A stretch of DNA of 64,000 nucleotides from a virus: positions 1-64,000 of IMG/VR virus record IMGVR_UViG_3300005613_000006. One strand, written 5' to 3'. Every line of letters starts with the position of its first letter. Position 1 is the stretch's first letter. Position numbers and translations under genes: made by a program. A model generated the notes under the pieces. The model was not told where the DNA came from, searched no databases, and saw nothing but the letters and a program-made list of their open reading frames with translations. Positions 9,203 through 17,481 of the stretch are shown in pieces.

Positions 9203-9988
9203 TTACGCCCTCGCCCCCCTCTCCTTACGGGAGTAGCCCCCCTCAGACTTCTTAATCTTCTGCCACGCGGAGGCAGCGTCCGACCCCTTCGGTTGGGTGC
9301 CATGCAGCAGAAGGGCGAAGTTCCCCCCAACAGTGGCAGCGTGACTATCATCGTGGTCAATCGGCATAGCCGTTTCATCACGCGAAAAAACTACTTTTGC
9401 GGTACGGATTTCCAGCTTCTTAATCAGGTGGTCATACTTCCCCCCAGCCGAACCAGTCAGCAGGAAGTTGTGAAGCAACACCCCCTTATAGAGGAATGAG
9501 AGGTCATACCCATCGAGGTACAGCCGATGGACAAAGGGTAGACTCTTGGTGTATGCGTAGAACAACACATCGGGACGTTGCTCAGCGGCACGCACAGCCC
9601 CCAATAGGTAGGTATACTTGAAGAAGTCCCCCGCAACGTGGTAGCGAAGCACCTTACACTTGGGGGGTAGACCGGCGAGGATAAGGTCGCAGACTTGCGA
9701 GGGGCCGCGACATGCCTTGATGCACTCCCAGTTCCGCAGACGGTTCTTATACACCGCCGGAAAGAGTACCTCTTGAGAGGCAGAGAAACACCTGAATTGG
9801 GTATATCGTCCGTCCTTGACAGACCGCTTGCCAGCGGCATCGAGTACCACCTTAGAGTGACAGTCCTTCGCACCGGGGCACGTATACCCCGAAAGGAGGT
9901 CGAGACTATAAATCTTCTCCCCCTTAACCAGACCTAGCACCTTACCCAAAGTCTCTATCTTCGCATTAGCTTCCGAGAAGTACAGCAT
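9203..9988 (-). CDS. phage 'gene product 88'-like Cys-cluster protein
   Basis: TCPGAKDC...CFS, LRYHVAGDF, FYAYTK; GGAGG RBS before ATG 9988. Confidence 0.7.
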   Translation of the reverse strand: MLYFSEANAKIETLGKVLGLVKGEKIYSLDLLSGYTCPGAKDCHSKVVLDAAGKRSVKDGRYTQFRCFSASQEVLFPAVYKNRLRNWECIKACRGPSQVCDLILAGLPPKCKVLRYHVAGDFFKYTYLLGAVRAAEQRPDVLFYAYTKSLPFVHRLYLDGYDLSFLYKGVLLHNFLLTGSAGGKYDHLIKKLEIRTAKVVFSRDETAMPIDHDDSHAATVGGNFALLLHGTQPKGSDAASAWQKIKKSEGGYSRKERGARA

Positions 9989-10078
9989 ACCACCCTCCGG
10001 TGTCATAGTGTAGTTGGTTGATGCCCTTATTATACCACCCCAGCGGGGAAAGTCAAGCCCTGTCAAGTCATTTTGTCC

Positions 10079-10156
10079 TAAGTCGTTGCTGTGTAACGGG
10101 TTACGTCGCGCGGGGCTAGCCCCGCTCGCCCTAAGTGCTTACGCCACAACGAGTTA
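10079..10156. repeat. paired-palindrome element #3
   Basis: TAAGTCGTT-N7-AACGGGTTA / 28 bp / TAAGTGCTT-N7-AACGAGTTA; the last TTA is the stop of ORF 10154-10375. Confidence 0.9.
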
Positions 10157-10375
10157 CGTCAAGTTCTGGATGGTCGAGGGTCCAAGTCTCCACAGAAACT
10201 CTTGCAGCCCAATCTCATCATCCATGCTACGGGGCGGCACTGGCAGTTCTCCCATCATGCAGCGATGTCGCCACCCATCAGGGTCGATAATTCTGACGCC
10301 AACAAGTTCCGCCCACTTGTGAGCAGTGTACTCATTATCAGCGTGGTCATACAGCCAATCCAGTAAGTTGTTCAC
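10154..10375 (-). CDS. hypothetical protein
   Basis: IIDPDGWR motif; ends in element #3. Confidence 0.6.
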   Translation of the reverse strand: MNNLLDWLYDHADNEYTAHKWAELVGVRIIDPDGWRHRCMMGELPVPPRSMDDEIGLQEFLWRLGPSTIQNLT

Positions 10376-10575
10376 GGGCGTAACCTTTTGGGCAACTGAT
10401 TGTAGGGAATGTGTAGCGTGTGGCTATCGGGGTGATTCACCTTGCGAACCACAACGGCGGTTGGCGTAATGCGAAGTACCTTTACCTTGAAACGCTGGTA
10501 AAGAAACAGAGCCCGCTGTTCCCTACGGCGTCTAGCGCTTTCAAGAACTATGCGGGCTACTCGCGAGGCTCATAG

Positions 10576-10646
10576 AGGGAAAGGTGGGAATCGAACTCAC
10601 AACCTATTGGTTAACGGCCAATCGCTTGCCTTTCAGCTTCACTCCC
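10576..10646 (-). tRNA. tRNA-Asn(GTT), C33 variant
   Basis: ATTGG-CCGTTAA-CCAAT; GTGAG-TTCGATT-CCCAC. Confidence 0.85.
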
Positions 10647-10980
10647 TTGCGTGTGTTTCTCTGTGGCAATTTGCACACATTAAATCACATTTGTCGAGTT
10701 CTTTTTGAATTTTCTCCCAACTGATTGTCTTGCCTGAGATTTGGAAGTCTTTGCCGTCTGGTTCTCGGTGGTGAAACTCTAGGGCATCAATACACTTATC
10801 GTATCCACAACAAGAGCATTCGCCGCCCAAGTAGTCAATCGCTCTTTGTTTCGTTCGTCGTCGCCAGTTTGTGACGTGTTCAACGCGGCACTTCTTGCAA
10901 CGCCAGCGGTTTGTTTTGCCCTCTGCCACAAATGTGGTTTTACCATGCTTCGGGCATTTTCTCTGTGTGGTTTTTCTCAT
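10639..10980 (-). CDS. HNH homing endonuclease
   Basis: CSCCGY...ALEFHH...KCDLMCANCHRE; TGA stop lies inside tRNA-Asn. Confidence 0.85.
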   Translation of the reverse strand: MRKTTQRKCPKHGKTTFVAEGKTNRWRCKKCRVEHVTNWRRRTKQRAIDYLGGECSCCGYDKCIDALEFHHREPDGKDFQISGKTISWEKIQKELDKCDLMCANCHRETHARE

Positions 10981-11121
10981 ATTCTATTATATACCAAAAC
11001 GGTGTAATTGTATGAGTTACACCACAACATTGTGGAAAGTAGCCCCTTTGGTCCTATCAACCTTCATTACTTCAATTAAGTGCTGTTGGAAAAAGGATTG
11101 TAGGAGCAAGGTGCTACTAAG

Positions 11122-11190
11122 TGGCAGGGGAGGGAGTCGCACCCCCAAGGCTCGGCTTATGGGGCCGTGCTGGAAACTGTTCCCCCTGCG
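11122..11190 (-). tRNA. tRNA-Met(CAT)-like, initiator-type 1:72 mismatch, short D-arm, C33
   Basis: CGCAGGG/CCCTGCC-A; CGGC-CCCATAA-GCCG; T-loop TGCGACT. Confidence 0.7.
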
Positions 11191-11750
11191 TTGTTTATTT
11201 CTTCGGCTTCGGCTTCTTGGGCCTCGGCTTGGGCTTGCGTTTAATCGCTAGGCCCCCTGTCTCCACGAATACGGCTGCTTCGTCGCCGCGTTCGGTCTTC
11301 AATGTTCGTCCGTTGGCCAGCTTGATTTCGATGGTCACTTATTCACCTTCTTGAGTTCGTCGGTGTGGATTAGTGTTCCGTACTCAGCTTCCAATTCTCT
11401 GGCTTTCAATCCCAGCCACATTACAATCGCGAATACCTGATTGCCGTTGTTCTGGAACTTCCTGATTTGTACTCTCTTACCGCGATGGGCACCGCTACCC
11501 CAGTCGAGGCTCACGGTACACTTGTCGCCAATCTTGAAGCCTTTTGTGTCCATATCCCTATTATACACCACTTTCCGGCTTTGTCAACTCATCTTCCTGC
11601 AAAAGCGGGCACTTTGTTTGAGCGTCGGCCACATCCTCAATCTCAGGATTGTCCCTACATTCCACCTTCATCCGGCTTGTTGCCAGAGTATCCACCGGCC
11701 TATGCTCATTCGCTGCACACTTCCAACACATAGCAAACATAATTCGCCTC

Positions 11751-11806
11751 AGATTTTCGCTGACTATTACCCATTGCCAGACCGAGCGGGCTGGATGGGG
11801 TGAGAC
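11751..11806 (-). repeat. 56-nt conserved non-coding motif, copy C
   Basis: GTCTCACCCCATCCAGCCCGCTCGGTCTGGCAATGGGTAATAGTCAGCGAAAATCT, downstream of promoter 11912-11939. Confidence 0.8.
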
Positions 11807-11960
11807 AAAGGCCAGGGCCTACATTGTACGGGTTTTTCGTTTAAGACTCGGGAACCGCAATAGACCGAGCCCCCTGTAAGGGTTCTAGCCAAACCTTTGC
11901 CTCACTCCCCTATTATAGCACACCGCCCCGAATTGTCAAGCGGGATTCTCTGAATCCTCC

Positions 11961-12038
11961 TAAGTGCTTACGCTGCAACACTTTATGCCCGGCGGGGCCA
12001 GCCCCGCTCGTCGTAAGTCCTTATGTGGCAACCACTTA
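11961..12038. repeat. paired-palindrome element #4
   Basis: 53-bp period; the last TTA is the stop of ORF 12036-12284. Confidence 0.9.
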
Positions 12039-12284
12039 TATCACTTTCGGGTCATCTTCATAATCCTCGGGGTATTCGTTGGCCATGTGTAGCAGTTGAA
12101 TGATGGTACCCAGCCCAATCTCTTGTTCTTCTGGGTGGTCTGCGTGTAGTGCCTTGACGATGAAAATATCAGCGGGTAGAGGTTCCCCCTCGGCAACTTT
12201 CTCCCTTACAAGCACCATGCAGGGCTCATACGGGTTGCCACCATCACGGTATTCGGTATCCTCTCCCCACTGAATTTCATACAT
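12036..12284 (-). CDS. acidic hypothetical protein
   Basis: GGAG RBS; ends in element #4. Confidence 0.6.
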   Translation of the reverse strand: MYEIQWGEDTEYRDGGNPYEPCMVLVREKVAEGEPLPADIFIVKALHADHPEEQEIGLGTIIQLLHMANEYPEDYEDDPKVI

Positions 12285-12289
12285 GGTCG

Positions 12290-12691
12290 CTACTCCACGA
12301 TTATGATGGGCTTGGCGTCATCGAGGAACCTAACACCACGGAGGTAGAGAACCACCCTCGCAAGCCAGCCAAGCTTCATCACGTCTTCCGCAATGCCTTC
12401 CTCATAGAAGGACCGGAAGATACCATCAGGGCACAACCCAGTAATGAGAAACTGAGTACGGTCGATAAACCTTGCACGTTCGGATTCCGGCAGAATCGGA
12501 TGCTTGTGCGTGTCACGCACGGAGGTCACCTTGCATAGGCGATTCTTTTCCCCATGCTCAGGCTGGTTGTAGACGAACCGAATCACGTCGCCGGGGCGAA
12601 CCATTCGGAGTCGAGTCGGGCCAGTGAAGACCGGCAGGAACAGGGAAGCGGCAATCAACAGGACAGCCACGACTAACGAAATCTCAAACAT
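12290..12691 (-). CDS. membrane-anchored hypothetical protein
   Basis: AGGAG RBS, own promoter, N-terminal TM helix. Confidence 0.65.
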   Translation of the reverse strand: MFEISLVVAVLLIAASLFLPVFTGPTRLRMVRPGDVIRFVYNQPEHGEKNRLCKVTSVRDTHKHPILPESERARFIDRTQFLITGLCPDGIFRSFYEEGIAEDVMKLGWLARVVLYLRGVRFLDDAKPIIIVE

Positions 12692-12742
12692 GTGCTTTTC
12701 TCCTTCTTGTGTAGTATAGCACGAAAAACGTATTTGTCAACC

Positions 12743-13408
12743 CTACGCGGGTTGCAATTCTTTCTTTACAGCTTTTTTGTAGCACGTTCGCACATTCCCG
12801 TACTCATCTTCTAGACTTGTCCACCCGTCGAAGACGTTACCTATAACGGGGGAGCCGTCACACCCACATTGAACTATGTCGCCGTTGGGTCTGATGATAT
12901 GGTCTTCACACATGCAGAACTTGGCCGACTCGACAATATCCTCGTAATCCTCGCCCTCGTAGTAGGTTTCCAATGCTCGGCCAGTGGCACTGGGTTCTTG
13001 CGTGTCGGTGGTGTTGCGAATCCCAACGGGTTGCCCCCACTGAGAGTTGCCAAGTGCCTCAAACGCACTGACTACTTCGGGGTCAATCTCTTCGTGGTAT
13101 TCATCTTGCGACAACTGAGCCGAAATGGCTTTTTTGTTCGCCAGCTTGGCAAGCATAAGAGCCCGCTTTTTGTTTTTGCCGTTGGTGATAACCAAAGGCT
13201 CGTCAACCGTTGCGACTACCTCAAGCAAGATACGCTCGAAATCGGGATGCACGGTGGGTTCACCACCCCCAATGGCGGCGTAATCGTCTAGACAATCAAG
13301 AGCGGCCAGGAACGTTTTGCGACTCATATCCTCGCCCTTGCCGGGCTCACAGGAAAAGCAGCAGTGGTCACAACGCATATTGCAACGGGTGGTGATTTGG
13401 AGGTACAT
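12743..13408 (-). CDS. radical SAM protein
   Basis: ITTRCNMRCDHC, GGGEPT, ITNG, C-terminal C...PNGDIVQC...IGNV (SPASM/twitch-like). Confidence 0.9.
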   Translation of the reverse strand: MYLQITTRCNMRCDHCCFSCEPGKGEDMSRKTFLAALDCLDDYAAIGGGEPTVHPDFERILLEVVATVDEPLVITNGKNKKRALMLAKLANKKAISAQLSQDEYHEEIDPEVVSAFEALGNSQWGQPVGIRNTTDTQEPSATGRALETYYEGEDYEDIVESAKFCMCEDHIIRPNGDIVQCGCDGSPVIGNVFDGWTSLEDEYGNVRTCYKKAVKKELQPA

Positions 13409-13504
13409 GGTTTCTCTCTCGCTGTGTTGTTCTCTCAATAACTAGAGTATAACACAAGGTTTGAAAAACACAAGGGGAAAAATCAGAAAAATCTCGAAAA
13501 GACG

Positions 13505-13582
13505 TAACCCCTTACCAGCAAAGCAGTTAGGGCGAGCGGGGCTGGCCCCCGGCGTTGTAACCCTATATGCTGTAAGGGTTTA
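13505..13582. repeat. paired-palindrome element #5
   Basis: TAACCCCTT-N7-AAGCAGTTA / 28 bp / TAACCCTAT-N7-AAGGGTTTA. Confidence 0.9.
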
Positions 13583-13658
13583 GGGAAATTTTTGGATTAT
13601 GTCGTCACCGTCAAGATACTTTTGGTGTATAATATAGTAGGGAAAAATTGGCTCCAAA

Positions 13659-14156
13659 ATGAGGTTTATTATGCCACTTACAGCAGTTCCAAGTAAAGAC
13701 AAAATCTCAACACATTTTTATTGTGGGTATTGTGCTGAGTATCTACCCCGTTCCGAATTTTCACCCAACTGTAATAAACAGAGTTGCCGAAAACACAATT
13801 CTTTATATGACAGAATACGGGCCGACAATCTAAAGAAACGAGTGATTGAATATATGGGAGGCAAATGTTGCAGGTGTGGTTATCAGCAATGTATAGCCGC
13901 TCTTGAACTTCATCACCCCAATCCTGTAATTAAAGAAATGGGTTGGGATAAACTCAGAAAGAGAACTTTTGAGTTCATTATCCAACACATTGAAGAACAG
14001 GGTTTGGTTTTGATATGTGCTAATTGTCATCGAGAGGAACACTACGAAGAAGCTACTCTTCCTCAATGGGTGCCCCGAAAATCTGCTCTTGACACTTTGC
14101 ACAAAGGCCAGAAATCCGATACTCCTTTTCATGGAGGGGAGTGCGGAACTCTGTAG
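13659..14156 (+). CDS. HNH homing endonuclease
   Basis: CCRCGY...ALELHH...LICANCHRE; AT-rich; TGGTGTATAATA at 13623-13634. Confidence 0.85.
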   Translation: MRFIMPLTAVPSKDKISTHFYCGYCAEYLPRSEFSPNCNKQSCRKHNSLYDRIRADNLKKRVIEYMGGKCCRCGYQQCIAALELHHPNPVIKEMGWDKLRKRTFEFIIQHIEEQGLVLICANCHREEHYEEATLPQWVPRKSALDTLHKGQKSDTPFHGGECGTL

Positions 14157-14289
14157 CTGGACCACCGCAGCCGATGGGCGGGGGCACGCACATGTTGGCC
14201 CTAATCTGGGCCTCGCGGTCACCCCCGGTCAGGGCATTGATGAGGCCGTTGATTGCCGGTGCTTTCTTCGTGGGTTCTGCCATTACCAA
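14053..14289 (-). CDS. small zinc-finger protein
   Basis: C..GC...EYRISGLCAKCQ..IF; GGAGG RBS. Confidence 0.65.
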   Translation of the reverse strand: MVMAEPTKKAPAINGLINALTGGDREAQIRANMCVPPPIGCGGPATEFRTPLHEKEYRISGLCAKCQEQIFGAPIEEE

Positions 14290-14603
14290 TCCTCCCCATA
14301 ATCGTCAAACTGTCCGTGGTCCCAATCGTCACCACCCATGTAGTCTTGCCACTCGTCATATTCGGACGGCTGACCGTCATCCTCATAAAGGTCGTCGTAC
14401 TCGCCTTCGTCGTACTCGTCGTTCTGCCAGTCGTCGCCCTCGGGGTCGTCGTCACCGAAAACATCCGTAAAGGAAACGGGTTCCTCGGGGTGCTTCTCTT
14501 CCTCGGGGCCGCAGAATAGGCAATCCTCAATAATCGCACCGTTTTCGTCGGCGGAAAAGACTTGACCGCTGCCATCGCAGTTGGGGCACTGATTGTCGGA
14601 CAT
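14283..14603 (-). CDS. zinc-finger protein with very acidic C-terminus
   Basis: CPNCDGSG...CLFC then a D/E/W/Y-rich tail; AGGAG RBS; own promoter. Confidence 0.7.
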   Translation of the reverse strand: MSDNQCPNCDGSGQVFSADENGAIIEDCLFCGPEEEKHPEEPVSFTDVFGDDDPEGDDWQNDEYDEGEYDDLYEDDGQPSEYDEWQDYMGGDDWDHGQFDDYGEDW

Positions 14604-14704
14604 GATAAAACTCCTGTGATTTGGGGCTCTCGTTTCAACACCTGTATTATAGCATGGTGACACGGCACGTCAAGCACAAAATCCAAAAATTCCCAAAGTT
14701 TCCC

Positions 14705-14782
14705 TAAGTGCTTACTGCGTAAGCCTTTACGTCGCGCGGGGCGAGCCCCCGTCGTCGTAACCCCTTATGCCACAAGGGTTTA
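14705..14782. repeat. paired-palindrome element #6
   Basis: 53-bp period; the last TTA is the stop of ORF 14780-14995. Confidence 0.9.
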
Positions 14783-14995
14783 GATGATACCCGCGAGCAT
14801 CAACGCACTCATCACGGTGCCCTTGTTACACTCTTCACACCACCCGTGGCCCTGGTCAGGCTCAACCTCAGTGGTGTACGTACATCCAGGCGTCATGCAG
14901 ATGCCAGGGCTAACGCTGTCGAACGTCGCGTGTTCAAGCATTTCCATCACTTCCATGCCCTCGATGTCTGCCAACAAATCCAGTTTCTCACACAT
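14780..14995 (-). CDS. small zinc-finger protein
   Basis: ICMTPGC...VEPD...WCEEC. Confidence 0.7.
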   Translation of the reverse strand: MCEKLDLLADIEGMEVMEMLEHATFDSVSPGICMTPGCTYTTEVEPDQGHGWCEECNKGTVMSALMLAGII

Positions 14996-15324
14996 AGCTC
15001 ATTCTCCCTTGAGTGTTGCCACCACAGTCCAGCACCGTTCCACATAGTACGCTGCTTGCTCTGCGGCTTCTGCTTCGTTCTCACCCTCAACCCAGTACCG
15101 TGTACCGTCTGCAACGTGTTCCAGTATAATGTACCACATAGTTTCCTCGCCGCCCGAGCGGGCTGGTTTAGCTATTCCAAGTATCGTTGCACACGTCCAC
15201 AATGGCCGCGATAAACACAACGCCGACAAAAAGCATGAGGCCAATCAATACTATTGGGTTACTTACCATGTTTGTATTATAACACCACGATTCAAAAGGT
15301 CAAGAGAAAAAGTAGGAAAAGCCC

Positions 15325-15389
15325 TAAGTCATTGCTGCGTAAGAGTTTATGTCGAGCGTCACCCTAAGTCCTTTTGTGGTAAGGCTTTA
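15325..15389. repeat. paired-palindrome element #7 (spacer hairpin deleted, 40-bp period)
   Basis: TAAGTCATT-N7-AAGAGTTTA / 15 bp / TAAGTCCTT-N7-AAGGCTTTA. Confidence 0.85.
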
Positions 15390-15721
15390 GGCCGTGTTCC
15401 TTTTCGAGGCAAGCCATGTGGTACACCTTGACATCGCAATCAGGGGTAGTACCTTTGGGTAGGCCACCTTTGGTGGGCAGACCACAGAGGGGGCATATCT
15501 CGCGAGGGTCACAATCCGGCATTTTTTTTGATTCTCTCATAATCAATCTGCATTTTCCAACAACAAAGGAAACCAACAACCCACCCTAATAGAAACGCAA
15601 ATCCAGCTAACATGACTAGTCCTTTCTACTGTATAAAAATCCCCCCCGACTACTGTATATCAGTACCATCGGGGGGAACCGAGAGAGTATGGTGGGCGTA
15701 CTCGGTTTTTGTCCCTTGCCC

Positions 15722-15797
15722 GTGTCTAGCGGGTGTCCTGGCCATTAGACGACACTACGCCGGGGAGTCGAACCCCGAATTTCCCGCATTACTCAAT
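15722..15797 (-). ncRNA. circularly permuted tRNA-like RNA (YrlA/Y-RNA-like)
   Basis: GCGGG-AAATT-[CGGGG TTCGACT CCCCG]-GCGTAGTGTC-[GTC TAATGGCCAG GAC]-A-CCCGC: T-arm precedes D-arm, closed by GCGGG/CCCGC. Confidence 0.65.
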
Positions 15798-16218
15798 GTG
15801 TTTCAATCATTTCGGTGGGGCTTGCACCACCCCAAAAGTCGGCCCACTCATCGTCAGACTTATCTACCACGTTGGCGGCATCGGCTTCCACCCCACCGTG
15901 GGGGTCGGTCAACGCTCGGGGGTCCAGAGCATAGCCACGCTTGGCCCACTCATCTACCCTCTTTTGCCGGGCCAGATTATCCTCCCTACGTTTTGCCTCA
16001 TCCTTCTTACGGGTGGCGTTGGACAACCCGGCGAGGGTCTTTTCGGTCCAAGGCCGAATATCGTAAGCGGTGGCCCGACTATTGGGGGTGAACGGCTCCC
16101 CGGTCTCGGGGTCTATCACCTTATCCAATTCGATGGTAAACAGGGCAAATTTGGCAACTTCGGGGCTCAAGTCCTCGGGGCAACCAGTAAACGCGGCAAA
16201 CTCGGAATTGCTAAACAT
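15793..16218 (-). CDS. hypothetical protein
   Basis: own promoter 16251-16278, purine-rich RBS. Confidence 0.65.
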   Translation of the reverse strand: MFSNSEFAAFTGCPEDLSPEVAKFALFTIELDKVIDPETGEPFTPNSRATAYDIRPWTEKTLAGLSNATRKKDEAKRREDNLARQKRVDEWAKRGYALDPRALTDPHGGVEADAANVVDKSDDEWADFWGGASPTEMIETH

Positions 16219-16551
16219 GATTTTCTCTCTTTTCTCTCTCGACTAGTTCTATTCTACCATACTACACGGAATTGTCAAGCGGTTTGTTCTATTTTTTTTC
16301 CGCTGTTTTGCAGGCAGTGCAGACCTTGTAGACCACACCATTGGGGGCTCGACGCTCCACCTGACGACCACCACACACTTTGCACATACCACACCCCCTA
16401 GAGTTGGGATACGCCGAAACCGGCGAGGATTGCCAAAACTGCCGAAACTACCAAAGCTACCATAAATTCGATGACCATGATTTTTTCCTTTCTACCTATA
16501 TTATATACAGCAGGCCGGAAAAATCAATAGTTGAGATTCAGTGTCAAGTTG

Positions 16552-16576
16552 TAAGTCGTTGCCACCACAGTAGTTA
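16552..16576. repeat. single palindrome unit (#8)
   Basis: TAAGTCGTT-N7-CAGTAGTTA. Confidence 0.7.
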
Positions 16577-16696
16577 CGACGAAAAATTTTTTCAAAGTCG
16601 AGTTACTGGACACTTTAGTGAGCAAGAATAACTACCTTTTTATGTTGAGAGTTTGTGTTTTTCCTATTTCTTTGTGTGTGTTTTCTGTTTGTCGAG

Positions 16697-16770
16697 TGAC
16701 CCGTATGGGAGTCGAACCCATATTTCGGGGTTGAAGGCCCCGCGAATTAACCATTATTCAGGAACGGGCC
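16697..16770 (-). tRNA. tRNA-Glu(TTC), C33 variant
   Basis: CGGGG-CCTTCAA-CCCCG; ATGGG-TTCGACT-CCCAT; GGCCCGT/ACGGGTC. Confidence 0.85.
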
Positions 16771-16780
16771 GAAAGCCAAA

Positions 16781-16999
16781 CCCCCCGAGCTTCACTTTGT
16801 ACTTCACACGGGGGGCCACTCCAATCTCTAAGTGGGTACTTACCATCAGGAACTAGCCTGGGCAGCAGGCCCTCTTTCGAGGTATGGAACGTAAGGCTAT
16901 GGTAGTAAATAGAACGAGCTTAACCCTTCACCCCGGTTTGTTAGCCGGGAGCCTACCGCCTCACGACAGTATGGGGACTCGAACCCCACGTTCTATGTA
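16781..16999 (-). ncRNA. candidate structured RNA containing a permuted tRNA-like module
   Basis: No ORF; T-arm TGGGG-TTCGAGT-CCCCA, GNRA hairpins, closing stem ATAGAACG/CGTTCTAT; lies between promoter 17087-17114 and tRNA-Glu. Confidence 0.6.
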
Positions 17000-17403
17000 G
17001 TATGTAGGGGTCTACCCTCCTGCAAATTATCCTCATTGTTTGTGGCCGTCTGCCAGCTACTCACCGGCTGCCACGTCCATTCTCATATTATACCGTATGA
17101 GGCCGGTTTGTCAAGGGGAAAAACAAAGTGAATCGCCGCAGCGTTGTCAACTTGTGTTTTTCTTTCCTTTCTACTGTAATTATACACAACAGAAGCCAAA
17201 AAACAATACAACCCCCCAGATTACCTATGGCTCCGTCGCCGTAACTCCTTTCCCTACAATCACTTACATCAATCAACTATTTTCTACAATCCGAACTGGA
17301 CACCTTGGAAATGTGAATCTGCTCCCACTCTGCGGTGGCCCTTCCTGTGGGGGCGGGTATAGCAGGCTGGATTGGGTAGTACACCAGAGGCTACGCCTCG
17401 TCG

Positions 17404-17481
17404 TAAGTCCTTTGATACCAACACCTTACGTCACGCGGGGCGGGCCGGGCTCGACGTAACCTCTTACGTGGCAAGGGTTTA
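17404..17481. repeat. paired-palindrome element #9
   Basis: 53-bp period; the last TTA is the stop of ORF 17479-17661. Confidence 0.9.

Noticed and set aside
10079-10156. Canonical integron attC or XerCD dif sites
   Set aside because: Ends do not consistently match RYYYAAC/GTTRRRY, the core is 7 bp rather than 6, arms differ from dif, and no integrase is in the window. Kept only as an analogy.
11807-11825. ATG-TAG read-through peptide spanning motif copy C
   Set aside because: No RBS, and the pattern is not shared by copies A and B.
16697-16770. Reading this tRNA as Sec or opal suppressor (TCA)
   Set aside because: The 5-bp stem fixes a 7-nt loop CCTTCAA with central TTC; there is no long variable arm.
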